From the NCBI RefSeq assembly GCF_022045235.1, contig NW_027266275.1, forward strand, positions 16,864,001 to 16,928,000: 64,000 nt of DNA. Direction: 5' to 3'. Below are positions 1 to 13,075 of the stretch, piece after piece; within the stretch, counting starts at the first letter, position 1, and each line of letters opens with the position of its first letter. The translations under genes were made by a program, and so were the position numbers. The DNA comes from Haliotis cracherodii (Eukaryota). Under the pieces are notes generated by a model that did no database searches, was not told the DNA's origin, and worked only from the letters and a program-made list of their open reading frames with translations.

Positions 1-3000
1 TCAGCAGTTTCAGATATTTTTCAATGTCGGTGTCCGGTAGATTCAGAAAATACTGGAACATAAGCAGTACACACAATTTTGGACATGCTTTAGTTTCATA
101 ACAATGACATGATGCTACAACTTACTGCAATTAACTGGCCTTATAAGTCATTTATCTGAGTTCTGTTTCTTATTTGATACAGAAATTATGAAATATGACA
201 ATTATTAATCTCCCCTGTGTCTTTCTACATGAAAATGGTTATGCACAATTTTCTAAATAATTTTTTGAGTTTCAATGGCAATTACTTTGACTAAGACTGA
301 TATTGGTGGTAGTGCTCCTTTCCGGAGCAGATCTTGAAAAACGTTTAGTATTTCTTTACCAAACTTGGCACACAGATAGGTATAGTGGTCAACTGGTGCT
401 TTTTGATAGTTTGTGAGTTTGTGAAAAATCTTTTTTTCAAGTTTCCATTTCCATTCCAACAACTTTGACTTTGACTGCTTGTTTCCAAAGTGTTAATGCC
501 TTGCACACAACTGGACATGACATACTGGCATGGTAAATATGAGTATTTCATGCTTATTATGTTTATTATTCAAACTGACTGGAACCAAAATCTAAAATCA
601 GAAAAACACAAAAACAGGTAGGGTGAAGTCTTGATGGGGAAAAACAGTAAAGCTGAGCTAGGCTGGAATTCTGGAGTTACATTTTGGCTGGGGTAATGAG
701 TCTATGCATAGTCCAATCAAAATTGGAACGAACTACACATCCGGTTTGTAGAATTCTGGGGTTACATTTTGGCTGGAGTAACGAGTCTATGCTTAGTCCA
801 CTCAAAATTGGAACGAACTACACATCCGGTATGTAACCAACATGGATTTTAACAAGTAGATTTCGGACGACTGGAGGATTTGCAGAGCATATGTACCGCC
901 AACTTGGCGTCAACAGATATTTTGCAAATCTTTTCATGTTTTTTATCAAGGTGCTCAAGTGATTTGCACTTTCACAGGGTAAGATCAGCTTGACTGGGCG
1001 ATGCCATTTTGTTTGAAGCAAATGCAAGTGATATGAGGGATGGAATCTGATTGGTCAATAGGAGAGACATAGAAGGGACATAACTCGTAAGAGTCATTGG
1101 TGGCGCTACAATCGAGCCCAGAAATTCCAGCTTAGTTTGGCAAGTGGGGAAACTGTGTGGACTTTTATAGCCAGTTAACGCCCTTGCCTCGAGAAGATGA
1201 CCATTAAGTTGAGCACTATCCTGGAACAGCTGATTGGGTAAAGTCTTGGTGGGGCACACCGTTTAGTTTAGCTATGTACCTGGTACAGCTGATAGGGTGA
1301 GGTCTTGATGGGGCACACCATTTAGTTTAGCAATGTACCTGGTACCGCTGATAGGGTGAAGTCTTGATGGGACGCACCGTTTAGTTTAGGAGTATACCTG
1401 GTACTGCTGATTGGGTTAAGTCTTGGTGGAGCAAACCGTTTAGATTAGCAACGTACCTGGTACAGGTGATTGGGTGAAGTCTTGATGGGGTGCACCGTTT
1501 AGTTTAGGAGTATACCTGGTACTGCTGATTGGGTTAAGTCTTGGTGGGGCAAACCGTTTAGTTTAGCAATGTACCTGGTACATGTGATTGGGTGAAGTCT
1601 TGATGGGGTGCACCGTTTAGTTTAGGAGTATACCTGGTACTACTGATTGGGTTAATTAAGTCTTGGTGGGGCAAACCGTTTAGTTTAGCAACGTACCTGG
1701 AACAGCTGATTGGGTTAAGTCTAGGTGGGGCACATTGTTTAGTTTAGCAATGTACCTGGAACAGCTGATTGGGTTAAGTCTAGGTGGGGCACATTGTTTA
1801 GTTTAGCAATGTACCTGGTACAGCTAATTGGGTGAGGTCTTGATGGGGCGCACCGTTTAGTTTAGCAATGTACCTGGTACAGCTGATAGGGTGAGGTCTT
1901 GATGGTGCGGACTGTTTAGTTTAGCAATGTACCTGGTACCGCTGATAGGGTGAGGTCTTGATGGGGCACACAGTTTAGTTTAGCAATGTACCTGGTACAG
2001 CTGATAGGGTGAAGTCTTGATGGGGCACACCGTTTAGTTTAGCAATGTACCTGGTACCGCTGATAGGGTGAAGTCTTGATGGGGCGCACCGTTTAGTTTA
2101 GCAATGTACCCGGTACAGCTGATAGGGTGAGGTCTTGATGGGGCGCACCATTTATTTTAGCAATGTACCTGGTACAGCTGATTGGGAGAAGTCTTGATGG
2201 TGCGGACTGTTTAGTTTAGCAATATACCTGGAACAGCTGATAGGGTAAGATCTTGGTGGGGCGCACTGTTTAGTTTAGCAATGTACCTAGAACAGCTGAT
2301 AGGGTGAGGTCTTGATGGGGCACACCGTTTAGTTTAGCAATGTACCTGGTACAGCTGATAGGGTGAGGTCTTGGTGGGGCTCAGCCACACTGCATTCCCG
2401 GCCGTCTTTCCCAGCTTGTCCCCTACGGAGCTTGTGATCAGGGGAACAGTCAGCCCTGCACAGTGTCACAAATATGTTGAGCCCTGCTACCAACTACACA
2501 TATACCAACTACACATATACCAACTATTATTACACAGTTTGAAACAAAATGGCCGAGTAAAGGTCGTAAGTAGTTTCAGCTTTCAGTATGGTTTAAGTGC
2601 GAAGGTCAAATCTAGGTAAACATTTAAAGAACTACTACATAAGGCTGCCATCTCACACACCAAGTTTCAGGCCACTGGTCTTATAGTTTTTGAGAAGATT
2701 TTTTCATTTGTTTTTCTTAAATCAAAGATGGCTACCTATGCACCACATGAAACTCAAATTTTAATGCCTTGAACAAACTTTCAGAAAACACAGGACTTCA
2801 GCTGAGGGACATAAGCTCAGATGGCCTTTTGTATAGACATGATCATGGTAATCCCATAGAAGACCTATCACACCTTAGATATCAACATTGCACTTTTTTC
2901 ATCCAGTCCGAGATTATAAACATAAATATAACATTGGAACCCAAATCAAAACTGAAACCAATGTAAGGAAAAGCGAGTTACCAAAAACTGGTTTATCCAT

Positions 3001-6000
3001 GAGCCGAGATATAAGCTCGTATCCTGCCGTCATGTTCCCCAGCTGGTCGTTTCCTCCAATCTGTCAACAGGAGAACAGGTTTTCTTAAAGCAATTCCAGT
3101 GTGAATACTGATGTGAAATAATCATATCATATTCTGGTATCACTGTCATGGGTTCTTCTGTTTCAACCCCTGGCTGATACACCTCGTCCTTTCCATGGTA
3201 GGTGTGATTCTGGATAAGAATATAGGTACCATACAACTGATGCTTCTCATGCGACTAAATAATGATCAGACAGACGGTCAGACTCGGTGGCTTGAATATA
3301 TCCAATTGCAGAAAGACATATATATTCATGTATTTTCAAAGTAGGTCACATCTATGGACTATTTATTCACATGAGCTATTTATTCACATGAGCTATTTAT
3401 TCACATGAGCAAGACATGTGAAGATCCGGGGTAGAATAGGTCCTCAGCAACGCATGCTTGCCGTAAAAGGCAACTATGCTTGTTGTAAGAGGCGACTAAC
3501 TGGATCGGGTGGTCAGGCTTGCTTGGATCGATGCTCATGATGTCAGTCACTGGATTGTCTGATCCAGACTTAAATATTTAAACCGCCGTCATATAGCTGG
3601 ATAATTGCTGAGTGCAGCGTTAAACAACAAACAAACAAAATCACATTTGCAAATTGACATTAAATTCCTATTAAGTCTCCTATGACAGGGAACAAGGGTC
3701 AATGGGGTTCTATCATGGTGTTCATGTAGCACATGCTGGCTGTACTGTTATGTGACAGATGTACCTGTATTGCACACTGGTGTTGTCTGTACAAGTGGAG
3801 CCAGTCATAGGACTGAAATATTTGATACGTAAACTCTGTGAAACTCATTCCTTCTTCACTCTTAAGTCTGCTCTTTACACTGAAATAATAAAGATGAAAA
3901 CACAATATGATTCACTCAACCAAATCCACTAAAGTTCCCTGCCTGTTGTAATTTCTAATTGGATATTGATAAAACTGACTCTCATCTGAACACTTCAGTA
4001 TGATTTGTGATATAAAAATCTCCTTGACAGTAATAGTTGTATCAAAATCAAAAGGTCTGTGCATGTTGCGTAACATACAATCAAACAATGGCGCAAGGGA
4101 GATAATTATCATTACATCAATAAAGCACTGTGTATAAACAGAAGTAGCCCGTCCATGTTATTTGTTGTTTTATTCATCATTACTTTTATATCAACACCAG
4201 GTACTTGGCATTTTTTGCTTTTTCACAGATTTAGTACCGTAACCAAGACAACCATGTACCTGTGTCTGGACAGCATCTGCCCCATCCTAAAATGTCGACC
4301 AGTTGTTGATAAAAATTCTACGATGTTCACATTTCTGTACCAGTCAAGGTTGTTCATAATCCTGTAAATATGTAAAGGATTTTTTTTGCAAATTACAAAA
4401 CATGGGTTGATTGAAACCTCCATCCTTATTTATACACATAGATATAACACTAGCAACAAATATATTACCTTATATAAGACAGCTAGGCGATAAATCCCAA
4501 AGAACAATGAAGAACCAAGCATGGTTTATTTCACAATAGAACATTGTTCTATCATGACATCATTTCTGGAGATTTGAACATGAGCTCGCAACTTGGTGAC
4601 ATTGTAAATTGGACAACGTTTTTTTCAAGTGGGAAGTGTTTAGTGAGTTATTCCCCAAAGATGTAGCTGGGCAAAGCAGATAAACATGACTGAATGATCT
4701 CACACACAAGTAAGAGAGATCTGACAATGGGTTTAGGGAGTAAAGGTACAATTGTGAGAATATCCGGGAAATACCAAACTTAACCCCCACTGTTCATAAA
4801 ATGGATTTGTCCGACATTGCAGAGGTTGGATTGTATTCAGGGAGTCATCATAATTTAAATATGGATGAATACTTCAAAGCTTGTACATGTTATTAACATG
4901 CTTATTTAAAAGAGGCCGTACATAATGTTGATATCTCATATACGAAATAAACGACTTATGATTTTTATATAAAATACAATAAAACACTGCAGGGAGAATA
5001 ATCTGCAGTGTTTTATTGTTCAAAGTTTACAGGAACTTTCTGTACATTGTATATTTTGCCTGCTACCACTACACACTGTTATAGCAGGATAGTAACAATT
5101 TGAATCAGGTCATATTTCTTAAAACCAGTTTCAGTTATAATTGAAATAAATAACACACAAGGCTGAGAAAAAGGTTTGCCAGGCATCGGTGTGAATTAGA
5201 CCTTTAGGACAAGTTTATTTTAAATTTTACACTTCCTAAATCATATAATAACTTCACTCATTACTTTTGTTCTAAAACACATAACATGATGAAAATCCAC
5301 CAAGCCTCATCAGTTTGAACAATATATGTCTGAGATAAACTTAAATACCCGTATTGGTATGCAGCCTAGTCAATGGTAATTATTCCTGAATAGCAAACTA
5401 TGCGTATATTAACCCAAGACGCTAGGAACAGTGAAACTATTTAACCAATTACCATGGAAATACCACTATAGATATTAAAAGTATTTTCTTCCCATATAAT
5501 CATCTTGTTCTAAACAAAATTTCACTTGGTCCTTCCTTCATCCCTGTGTATGATAATCATGGTGAAATGCGGTTTAGAATCTTATTGAAGATTATTGCAC
5601 TTATACAGCATTGTGTAATGCCTGTGTCTGTGGCTGCTTGTAATAGTCTGGACTTGTTGATGTTAGAGTGCTAGCCCACTGAGAAACCATGCCTCAGTTT
5701 TAACCCCTTAATGCCGAGTGCCAGGCAGGTAAACAGCAAGTACCATCTTCCAATGTCTTTTGGAAAAGTGGGCCCGGGAATCAAACCACCGACGGAGATG
5801 GTCTTCATCAGCACAAAATGTGTACGAGTCAGTTTAACGGAGTGAGTTTCATTAAACACAGATTTCGACAGTTTTTCAGTTATATCACAGCATGTCAGCT
5901 TGACGTGGGAGGAACACAGACATATTGCAAGTCTCAGATGTTAACCACCTTGGGGAAACTCATGAGCATAGGTAAAATCCGACAAACCAAGAAACATAAT

Positions 6001-7704
6001 CAGGGTAAAGCAGTTAAACTGTAAGTCAATGATGACATCTACTTGATCCTACCTCACTTGTGGCAAAGGCTTGCTATTTTTCCACAACAGATCTTGGTGG
6101 TGAGAGAAGACACGCTGCAAGTTTTCTGTTATTTGGACCACATTTTCCTCCACCTGGTGAAGCTCCATTGGTGTTCTCTCCTTCGTCTTCCCACTGGGGT
6201 CTCCGATCTGGGCAGTTGCACCTCCCACCTGGTGTAAATACAATCATTAGTGAACCTAACAAGCAAAGTATTCACTTCAACTTGTAAGGAAGAACAAGCA
6301 AGACAAGGGGTGCCCGGCTTGAATCTCTATTTTGTGTGATGCAGTAATAAATACTAATATATCCTGGTTATAATTCTTTGAAACCTGTCCATCCTAAATA
6401 TATTATGAATAATATAATTCAAGGGGCACAATTACATATCCAAGATTTGTTAATAGGGATGATTTCAATGAGACCAGTTTTCTCTTGGATAACAGGGATA
6501 AACATATCTGTAATATCAATTTGTATGAATGTTGCAATCTGAATTATTCTGAATTATTAATTTCTGTCATTATTACAATATCTATGTGTTTAACTCATAC
6601 ATCTCTGGGATGGCTACATTTGCTAATAAGGTTTACCGCACTAGCAGATAAGCCCATAAGTTCTGTGTATCTCAGGTTCCAATGTAACTTGAGGCGGTCG
6701 AGTAGCCTAATGGTTAAAGCGTTCGCTCGTCACGCCGAGACACAGGTTCGATTCCCGACATGGGTACAGTGTGTGAAGCCCATTTCGGTGTCCCCCGCCG
6801 TGATATTGCTGGAAAATTGCTAAAAGCGGCGTTAAACCATACTCACTCCAATGTAACTTCCAACATGAGATCTGGAGAGGAATACATCAAGTCAAATCCA
6901 TCCATATTATGAACATGTATATGACATGTGCGATGACTTACCAGTGCAATGGTGTTATGTCCAGCTCTCTGACAATGGATGAGTGCGATGATAGCCAGCA
7001 GGTTCCCTACATGGAGACTGTCTGCTGTTGGGTCAAAGCCACAGTACATACACTGTGGGCTCGACAGCCGACGAAGCAATTCTGCTGTGCTGGAAAAGAA
7101 CAGTTGTTAACAATAACTAATGAAATAAAACTCAAATATATGTTATGATACTTCCTAATCAGTTTTGACAAAAATAACTTTATAAAACATGAATATTATT
7201 TAGCTGGCATTATGAATCCTTGTATGTTCCCCCTAACTATAATGCTTCTTTGGTCAATTGTGACAGTTGATCACTCATGCTACGACAAATAAATGTGCAT
7301 ATATTTACTAATCTAGGCACTGTCCTTTTCCTGAACTGGACTGTTTCAGCCATCTAGAAAGTTATAGTAAACGTTTCCTGAGTGGAAGACCACAAGGATT
7401 ACCTTCCTTCTGGAAACACTGTCTGGAAAATACCTCTTTCATGTAATGTCAATATGTTCCTGGAGTTTTGACTGCTGTAGAATCTTTTGCAGACTTGCCA
7501 GTGCCACCTTCGAATACATCAATATTGTCATTATTACTCACAGTAACTAAAATGTATCTGATCAAAGACAGCAAAAGACAATCAAGAAAAGACAGAAAAC
7601 CACGACATCAAATATTATCATTTTCAAACGACAGTTTACTAGGCCTACCTCATAAACTGGCATCCGATTTTTCTGCCATACATGTTGACCATGGAGGCTG
7701 CCAT
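1..7704 (-). CDS. YARS2: Tyrosine--tRNA ligase, mitochondrial (multi-exon, 3' end beyond left edge)
   Basis: Exons on minus strand: 7704-7649 ([19 protein letters not shown], targeting-peptide-like); ~7509-7403 (acceptor uncertain; ...[20 protein letters not shown]); 7089-6942 ([21 protein letters not shown]-type motif); 6228-6053 ([18 protein letters not shown]); 4361-4260 (NNLDWY...[12 protein letters not shown]); 3879-3765 ([24 protein letters not shown]); 3060-2982 ([10 protein letters not shown]); 2455-2346 ([30 protein letters not shown]-type motif); 52-1 ([17 protein letters not shown]). Introns are GT-AG with compatible phases. Confidence 0.96.
665..832. repeat. Two-copy ~85-bp tandem duplication in a YARS2 intron
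   Basis: gaattctgg(a/g)gttacattttggctgg...aaaattggaacgaactacacatccggt occurs twice, near 665 and 750. Confidence 0.85.
1220..2380. repeat. 59-bp minisatellite (~20 units) derived from the YARS2 exon 8 / intron junction
   Basis: Unit approx. cctggtacagctgatagggtgaggtcttgatggggcacaccgtttagtttagcaatgta. The rightmost unit runs directly into coding exon 2346-2455. Confidence 0.95.
3413..3640 (+). mobile_element. SINE-like family B copy
   Basis: Head gtgaagatccggggtagaatagg, tail gctgagtgcagcgttaaacaacaaac. Degenerate 12-bp TSD tcacatgagcaa/tcacatttgcaa. Homologous to 53357-53624 and 62474-62737. Confidence 0.85.
5838..6005 (-). mobile_element. SINE family C, 3' portion, degraded
   Basis: gagtgagt tail, cagttatatcacagcatgtcagctt and acaaaccaagaaacataat are shared with 10862-11099 and 57933-58190. 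Confidence 0.6.
6691..6846 (+). mobile_element. tRNA-derived SINE family A, full length
   Basis: A box tagcctaatggttaa, B box ggttcgattcc, tail ccatactcac. 13-bp TSD tccaatgtaactt at 6678-6690 and 6847-6859. Confidence 0.92.
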
Positions 7705-8479
7705 CTTGGATGTTTCAAGTAAAGCTGTTCACGATAGTTTAGTATTTCCGTGCGATGTGTATTCAAATTATGTCTATTTTTATCCATACTAGGGTAAATA
7801 TTCAAAACAACTTTCATTATGAATCGTTGTTGTATACTTTTCTTGCCAGTACGTGAAATCATGGTTCACGATGGAAGGGAGGCAACTTGGCCAGTTTGCC
7901 TGATTTCAACAGTAATGGGCTTTGAACGATCCCATTGCAAGTTCGAATCTAAAATCACGATTTATATATTACAATTTAAAAAATGTCCAAAGATTTGTCT
8001 ACTGGTTAACATTTCGACCATGTAACTGTGACGACAATTTAACTTTGATACAAGGGCCAAGCCAAAACATAGTTACACCTTTTGATCACCTTCCGTGAAG
8101 ATCCGGGGTAAAATATAAGTTGATTTATTCATGAAGTTTCAAGCTATTGGCCCATTGAACATACATGTACATACACAATAAATTGTACAAAGTAGTGTAT
8201 GTAAAGACACAGTGCATACATATGGTTCATTGCACTATTGGAAATTACATATCATACTATTATAAATAAAAATGGGCGTTAATGATATGTAAGTCGTTAC
8301 TGCATTGCCAAGAGGCATTTAGATGCAAAATATACACATTTTGACAAAGCTACATCAGCAAATTTACATGATGAGTACAATTATTCAATGATTAATTTAT
8401 GCGTAAGGCTAACATTATTTTTAGTGTCTAGCTTTATACTTCTAAGCTCTGAATAAGCTTCGCATTCCAGTCAAAAATC

Positions 8480-10030
8480 ATTTTCTTTAATTAATGTTAT
8501 TTCCAAAACGTAGGCACAAACTCGATTTTGCTGTTCAATATGTCGATGTCGACTTCAATCACGAGATTATGGTATGAGCACCTGAACTTTGTGAGCAGGG
8601 AGATAAGTTTTCATGTTGAAAGCTGACTTGAAAGTAGAATGGGCTAACAGTTTAGAGTTTGAACAAATGGAGGATGCCATCTCCGTGTTTCTGAGTTATC
8701 CCCGTTGCTTGAATTCAGATAAGAATGTATTGATGTTGCCTGCATCCTGGAAAATCCATGCATATCCAAGACCACATTGAAATAGAATGTTCTGAATATT
8801 AGTGACCCATGATGTTCTTCCTGCTTCGTCTAGACCATACAACATCATATATGTGTTTTGGTAGTCTACTCTATTATTCATGTTGATTACATTTGTCCAA
8901 TATTTAAAACACTTCAGAAGATAACTTGCATACAATTTATGTCGTCCACATTCCCCCAGAACTACGTCGATACTGGCCGAATTCGGTAAAGTATTCTCTG
9001 GAAATATTTCGCCTGTACCTTTTCCACAATATCTATGGTGTAACATCCCCAGATATCTGCTCCATATGTTAAACTTGGAAGTACCATGCTGTCGAAAAGT
9101 TTTGATGCCGTTGTAACAGGTAGACCCCCGCAACTGTAGTGTAGTTTGTAGATTGATAGACATTCGGTTTCTGCTTGACTTGAAAGGACTACAGTAAAGT
9201 ACGGTTATAACGAACTCAAGGGGACTACTAATTTTAGTTCGTTATAACCGTAGTTCGTTATAAGCATATAAACAGCATAACTACAGCAAATAGTCGGGAC
9301 CAAAAAAGTAAGTTCGTTATATCCGTCAGTTCGTTATAAGCGTGTCCGTTATAACCGTAGTTTACTGTTGTAGGCTTTATGTCCAGACCAGTTTCGGAGT
9401 AAAGGACGATCCTAAATATTTATAGCATGACACGGTGTTTATTTGAAGTCCTCTGTATTGCCATTTATTCGTAGCTTCGAAGTGGTCCTCTTTTCCCGAA
9501 AACGACTATCTTTGATTTATCCAAATTTAAACTTAAACCCCATTGATCACAAAAGTATCTAGCACTGTCAACGTGTTGCTATAACCTTCCCACTGAATCT
9601 GCATAGTTTGCGATGTCAGCATGAAATATAGAACAGATGTTTGGTGCGTCTTCTGATATACATATTCCTCGGCACTGAGAAGCCCTTATGTCTACAATTA
9701 ACTCATTGGTATAAAATTAGAAATGTATTGGGCTGACCACACATACCTGGCGGGTACCAGTGCAACACGTGACAAAATCTGTGATGCCACTGTCTGTGCG
9801 TACACATGACTTTAGCTTGGAATACATATCACGTGGAACTGTCAAAATGTTTCCATGAATATGTCTGTGCCACAAATGAGAATGCTGGACACCATCAAAA
9901 CCCTTTGAAGAGTTGATAAAGAAACAGTTAAATCTCCCTCCAGGTGATTTTGACATGTATTTTCTAACCATTCCTTGTAAAGTAAACATGTTATCGATCG
10001 TTGAGTAATTTCGTCTAAATCCAGCTTGGT
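8480..10030 (-). mobile_element. Degenerate non-LTR retrotransposon (RT and C-terminal region; CR1/L2-group-like)
   Basis: Frameshifted RT motifs on minus strand: CFFINSSKGFD (cf. FID..KAFD), TGTRQVCVVSPIHF (cf. GVRQGCVLSP.LF), YADS, CYKYLG, then VVLGECGRH and WVTNIQNILFQCGLGYAW. Confidence 0.85.
9192..9367. mobile_element. Tc1/mariner (pogo/Tigger-type) MITE nested in the LINE remnant
   Basis: TIRs cagtaaagtacggttataacg / cgttataaccgtagtttactg, TA on the left flank, internal gttcgttataa sub-repeats. Related copy at 50782-50894. Confidence 0.85.
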
Positions 10031-10057
10031 TTTCATGTAGAATATGTAGAATCTTCT

Positions 10058-10297
10058 GACCACTTTTGAAGCCTTAGGGTAGAATTGGTCCTCAGCAAAC
10101 CATGCTTGTCACAGGAATCGACCCATAGGATCAGGTGGTCAGGCTCGCTGGTTGGCTGATGCATGTCATCGTATCCCAACTGTGTAGATCGATGCTCATT
10201 GTCAATCACTGGATTGGCTGTTCCAGCCTCAATTATTTACAGACCGCCATCACATAGCTGTAATATTGCTGAGTGAGGCTTTAAGAAACGAACAACA
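10058..10297 (+). mobile_element. SINE-like family B copy
   Basis: tagaattggtcctcagcaaaccatgcttgtc...tatttacagaccgccatcacatagctgtaatattgctgag matches family B. Confidence 0.8.
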
Positions 10298-10861
10298 GCC
10301 GTTGGATCACCATAACATCTGTTAGACTGTTTAAATGAAATGTGTATATTTAGACCAGAAAACCAAAGTTGGCAAAGTGTTTTTTTGTGTAAGAAAGAAC
10401 TATCTTTCTTGTAACTTTAGATGTGAGTGGGCAATGCCTTACTTATATTTTCAAATACTTCCTTCAGAGTTACATGTTAGTCATATTGCAAATAGAATCT
10501 CAAAGTCCAATTGAGATGTTGCTTGATGGTACAGGTAGACCTTGGGTGAAGATGCAAGGGCATCAAGCCTGGCACCATGTGGTTATGATCATATGTGCAG
10601 TGCAAGCAGTTCTCCACAGACACTCTTCAGGTGAGGAGCTAGTTCCACTCTCTTTCATGAGTACGTTTCTCCAAATATGGAAGGTCTTTTGAGGATGAAC
10701 ATCTGCCCAGGGAGTGGTAGCACCTTTGCCCACTGGGCCAAGCCTAAAGTTTGCAAAGAACCTCCAAAATGAACATATGAATGCTTCGTTTTATCAAAGT
10801 AATGCTTATTGTAACAACATTTTGTACAGTTTTAGCATCTTTATTTGTGTTCACACAATAG

Positions 10862-11099
10862 ATGAGTGAGTGAGTTGGGTTTAACGCTAGTTTTAACAGT
10901 ACTCCAGTTATATCACGGCATGTCAGCTTCATGCGGGAAGAAAGCCCGAATTGATGCAGGTCTGGTGCTGACAAACCAAGAAACATAATTGGGTTGAACC
11001 GGGATTTGAACCCACAATCATAGGTTTCTGGCATGCCCAAGAGATGCAAATCTGCACAGCGAATCGCGGCGCCTAAGATGACTGGGCCATCCATGCCCC
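10862..11099 (-). mobile_element. SINE family C (long tRNA-like head), full length
   Basis: Minus-strand head ggatggcccagtcatcttaggcgcc...gggttcaaatcc and (ACTC)n tail. 11-bp TSD tcacacaatag at 10851-10861 and 11100-11110. Confidence 0.85.
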
Positions 11100-12924
11100 T
11101 CACACAATAGGTACCACTTTAATGAAATAATATCCAGAATTCTGATGTCATAAATTTCAGAGATGTTATTTGTACTTTGAAACTTACTTCCAAAACAAAT
11201 TGATTTTAGTTGTACGATTAACGAGACTGAATAATGAGTGATTTCGGTAATTCGTTGCAAATTAGGTGTGTCGGAGACGAGTGCGAGACTGTCGGATTAA
11301 CAGATCTAAATAGCACTGATTTAAAAGGTTAAAAAATTCGATTGTCGATTGACGGATGAACGATCGTTGGATGAACGAGACTTGACTGTACTTTGTTTTA
11401 GAATCTGTTACAGAAGGAATAAAAAAAGCCTAGCTCTCTTTCCTCCAAATAAACGTTGAACAGCTAACAAACCAGTTGTAACTGTGTTTCAGCTAGATAC
11501 TGAGTTGTGTAAAGAACCAAGTAATTCTGATTTAAACAGATTTATTGAGAATATCAACAATAGCACATCAACATGCAATGTCTTCATCGAGGGTGTCTGG
11601 ATATGTTCAGTAGTTAATAACCACATAGTCATTTAGGAAATCAGATGATTGCCAGTTAACCAGTCTTCAAAAAAGAAATTGATATAAAGAATCTTGGGGT
11701 ACAGTGTTGTCAAATGATGCTGAAAATGACGAGCATCAGTAAAACTGGGGTAGACAATATGAACTGGATCCAACTAGTCCTCAATTCATTTCACAGTAGT
11801 TGTTTAATTAACGTTACATCACTAGCCCTTATAACTTTTCACAAGTATCCAACCAGCTGACCAGCGGTTGTGTCAAACCCTGTAGACAAAAATGTTTAAT
11901 AAAAAGGAAATGTTTATAAATATTGAGTTAAATATACTGATAATGTAATGTTTCCAAAGAATACACTGTAAGGAAACATCAGCATAGTGTCAGTTCATCA
12001 ATCACAGATGATTATCAAAAAGGTAAAATAATAAATATCACAAGCCAGATTCTTCATTACAAACCTTGTACTCCGTGTTTTCCTTACATATATAAATGTG
12101 TGTGAATGGTTTCATTTTGTTCAGTTGATGCAGTTTACCAGACTTGCTCAGTACCATGAGGTCATCTGACATTACATGACCCCCCTACAGGTACATGCAT
12201 TATAATTGCCATGACAATGATCAACACTACACATAATAACCATCATCAGCTCATCACAAATATTGCCCATAATGTTTCTAGAATGATACATTGTTGTCCA
12301 TTTCAGTGTGCTAGACACCATATAGATTCATAATCAAAGCACGTCGCAGGTGGTCAACCCAGTCAATGGATCAGTGTGCACGCAAATTTCTTCCTCAGAT
12401 CCCTTGGGAAGCCTATGTGTCTAGTCAGGACAGGTATGCAAAACGACTTGTTTCTATAATTTTGACACTACTTCAGCTTGCAAACATCAACTAAGTCGAA
12501 TCTCTAACAAGGAGAATGACTGGACATATTCTACTGGACCTCAAAGGTAGTTTGGCAAACTGAAGAATGATGAACCCAACAAAAACTGGATATATTAACA
12601 GTAATATTTACATTCAGTTCAGGAATTTTGGTCTCATTGTGTACATATATTTATTTGTGTCACACACAGTAATGTACAGTAGCATATATACATGATATAC
12701 AACATCAACAATTTACACAAGTTGTCTGATCCAGAGATCCCTAAAAACCTACAGCCAAAACAATCAACGGGTATACAATAGATAACAACAGCCTAACAGA
12801 ATAACATAAACATGTACTAAAATGCTTTAGAAATGGAACACAAGATTTCAATGACATTTGGTTCCGTTTTATCAAGTCAGTGAAATACTGGCCAAACAGT
12901 ACATTACAAACAGCCTTGTCATTG

Positions 12925-13075
12925 GAAATCTAATATCTGCCAATGTGGAGACAATGCTGTCATGGAGAAGTCCATACTGGGGCAGGGGAGTCCAAGAATG
13001 GGTTCCATACACTGTTCCCATGTGAGGAATCAAACCCAGGTCTTGGCATGACTAGCAAACCCTTAGGCTACTCAA
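12925..13075 (-). mobile_element. Degraded SINE family A in the putative WBP2 3' UTR
   Basis: aatgggttccatacactgttcccatgtgaggaatcaaacccaggtcttggcatgac...taggcta aligns to the family A antisense strand, with CpG decay. Confidence 0.6.

Noticed and set aside
1220-2380. CRISPR-like appearance of regularly spaced repeats (also 45945-47055)
   Set aside because: The units are contiguous tandem copies with no unique spacers, there are no cas genes, and the context is a eukaryotic intron or intergenic region.
6691-6770. tRNA gene (also at 17514, 29121, 50160, 55750, 58090)
   Set aside because: The A/B boxes are SINE heads. Each continues into a shared body and simple-repeat tail, most have TSDs, and there is no complete cloverleaf.
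8696-9989. Host protein-coding gene
   Set aside because: These are frameshifted reverse-transcriptase remnants interrupted by a MITE.
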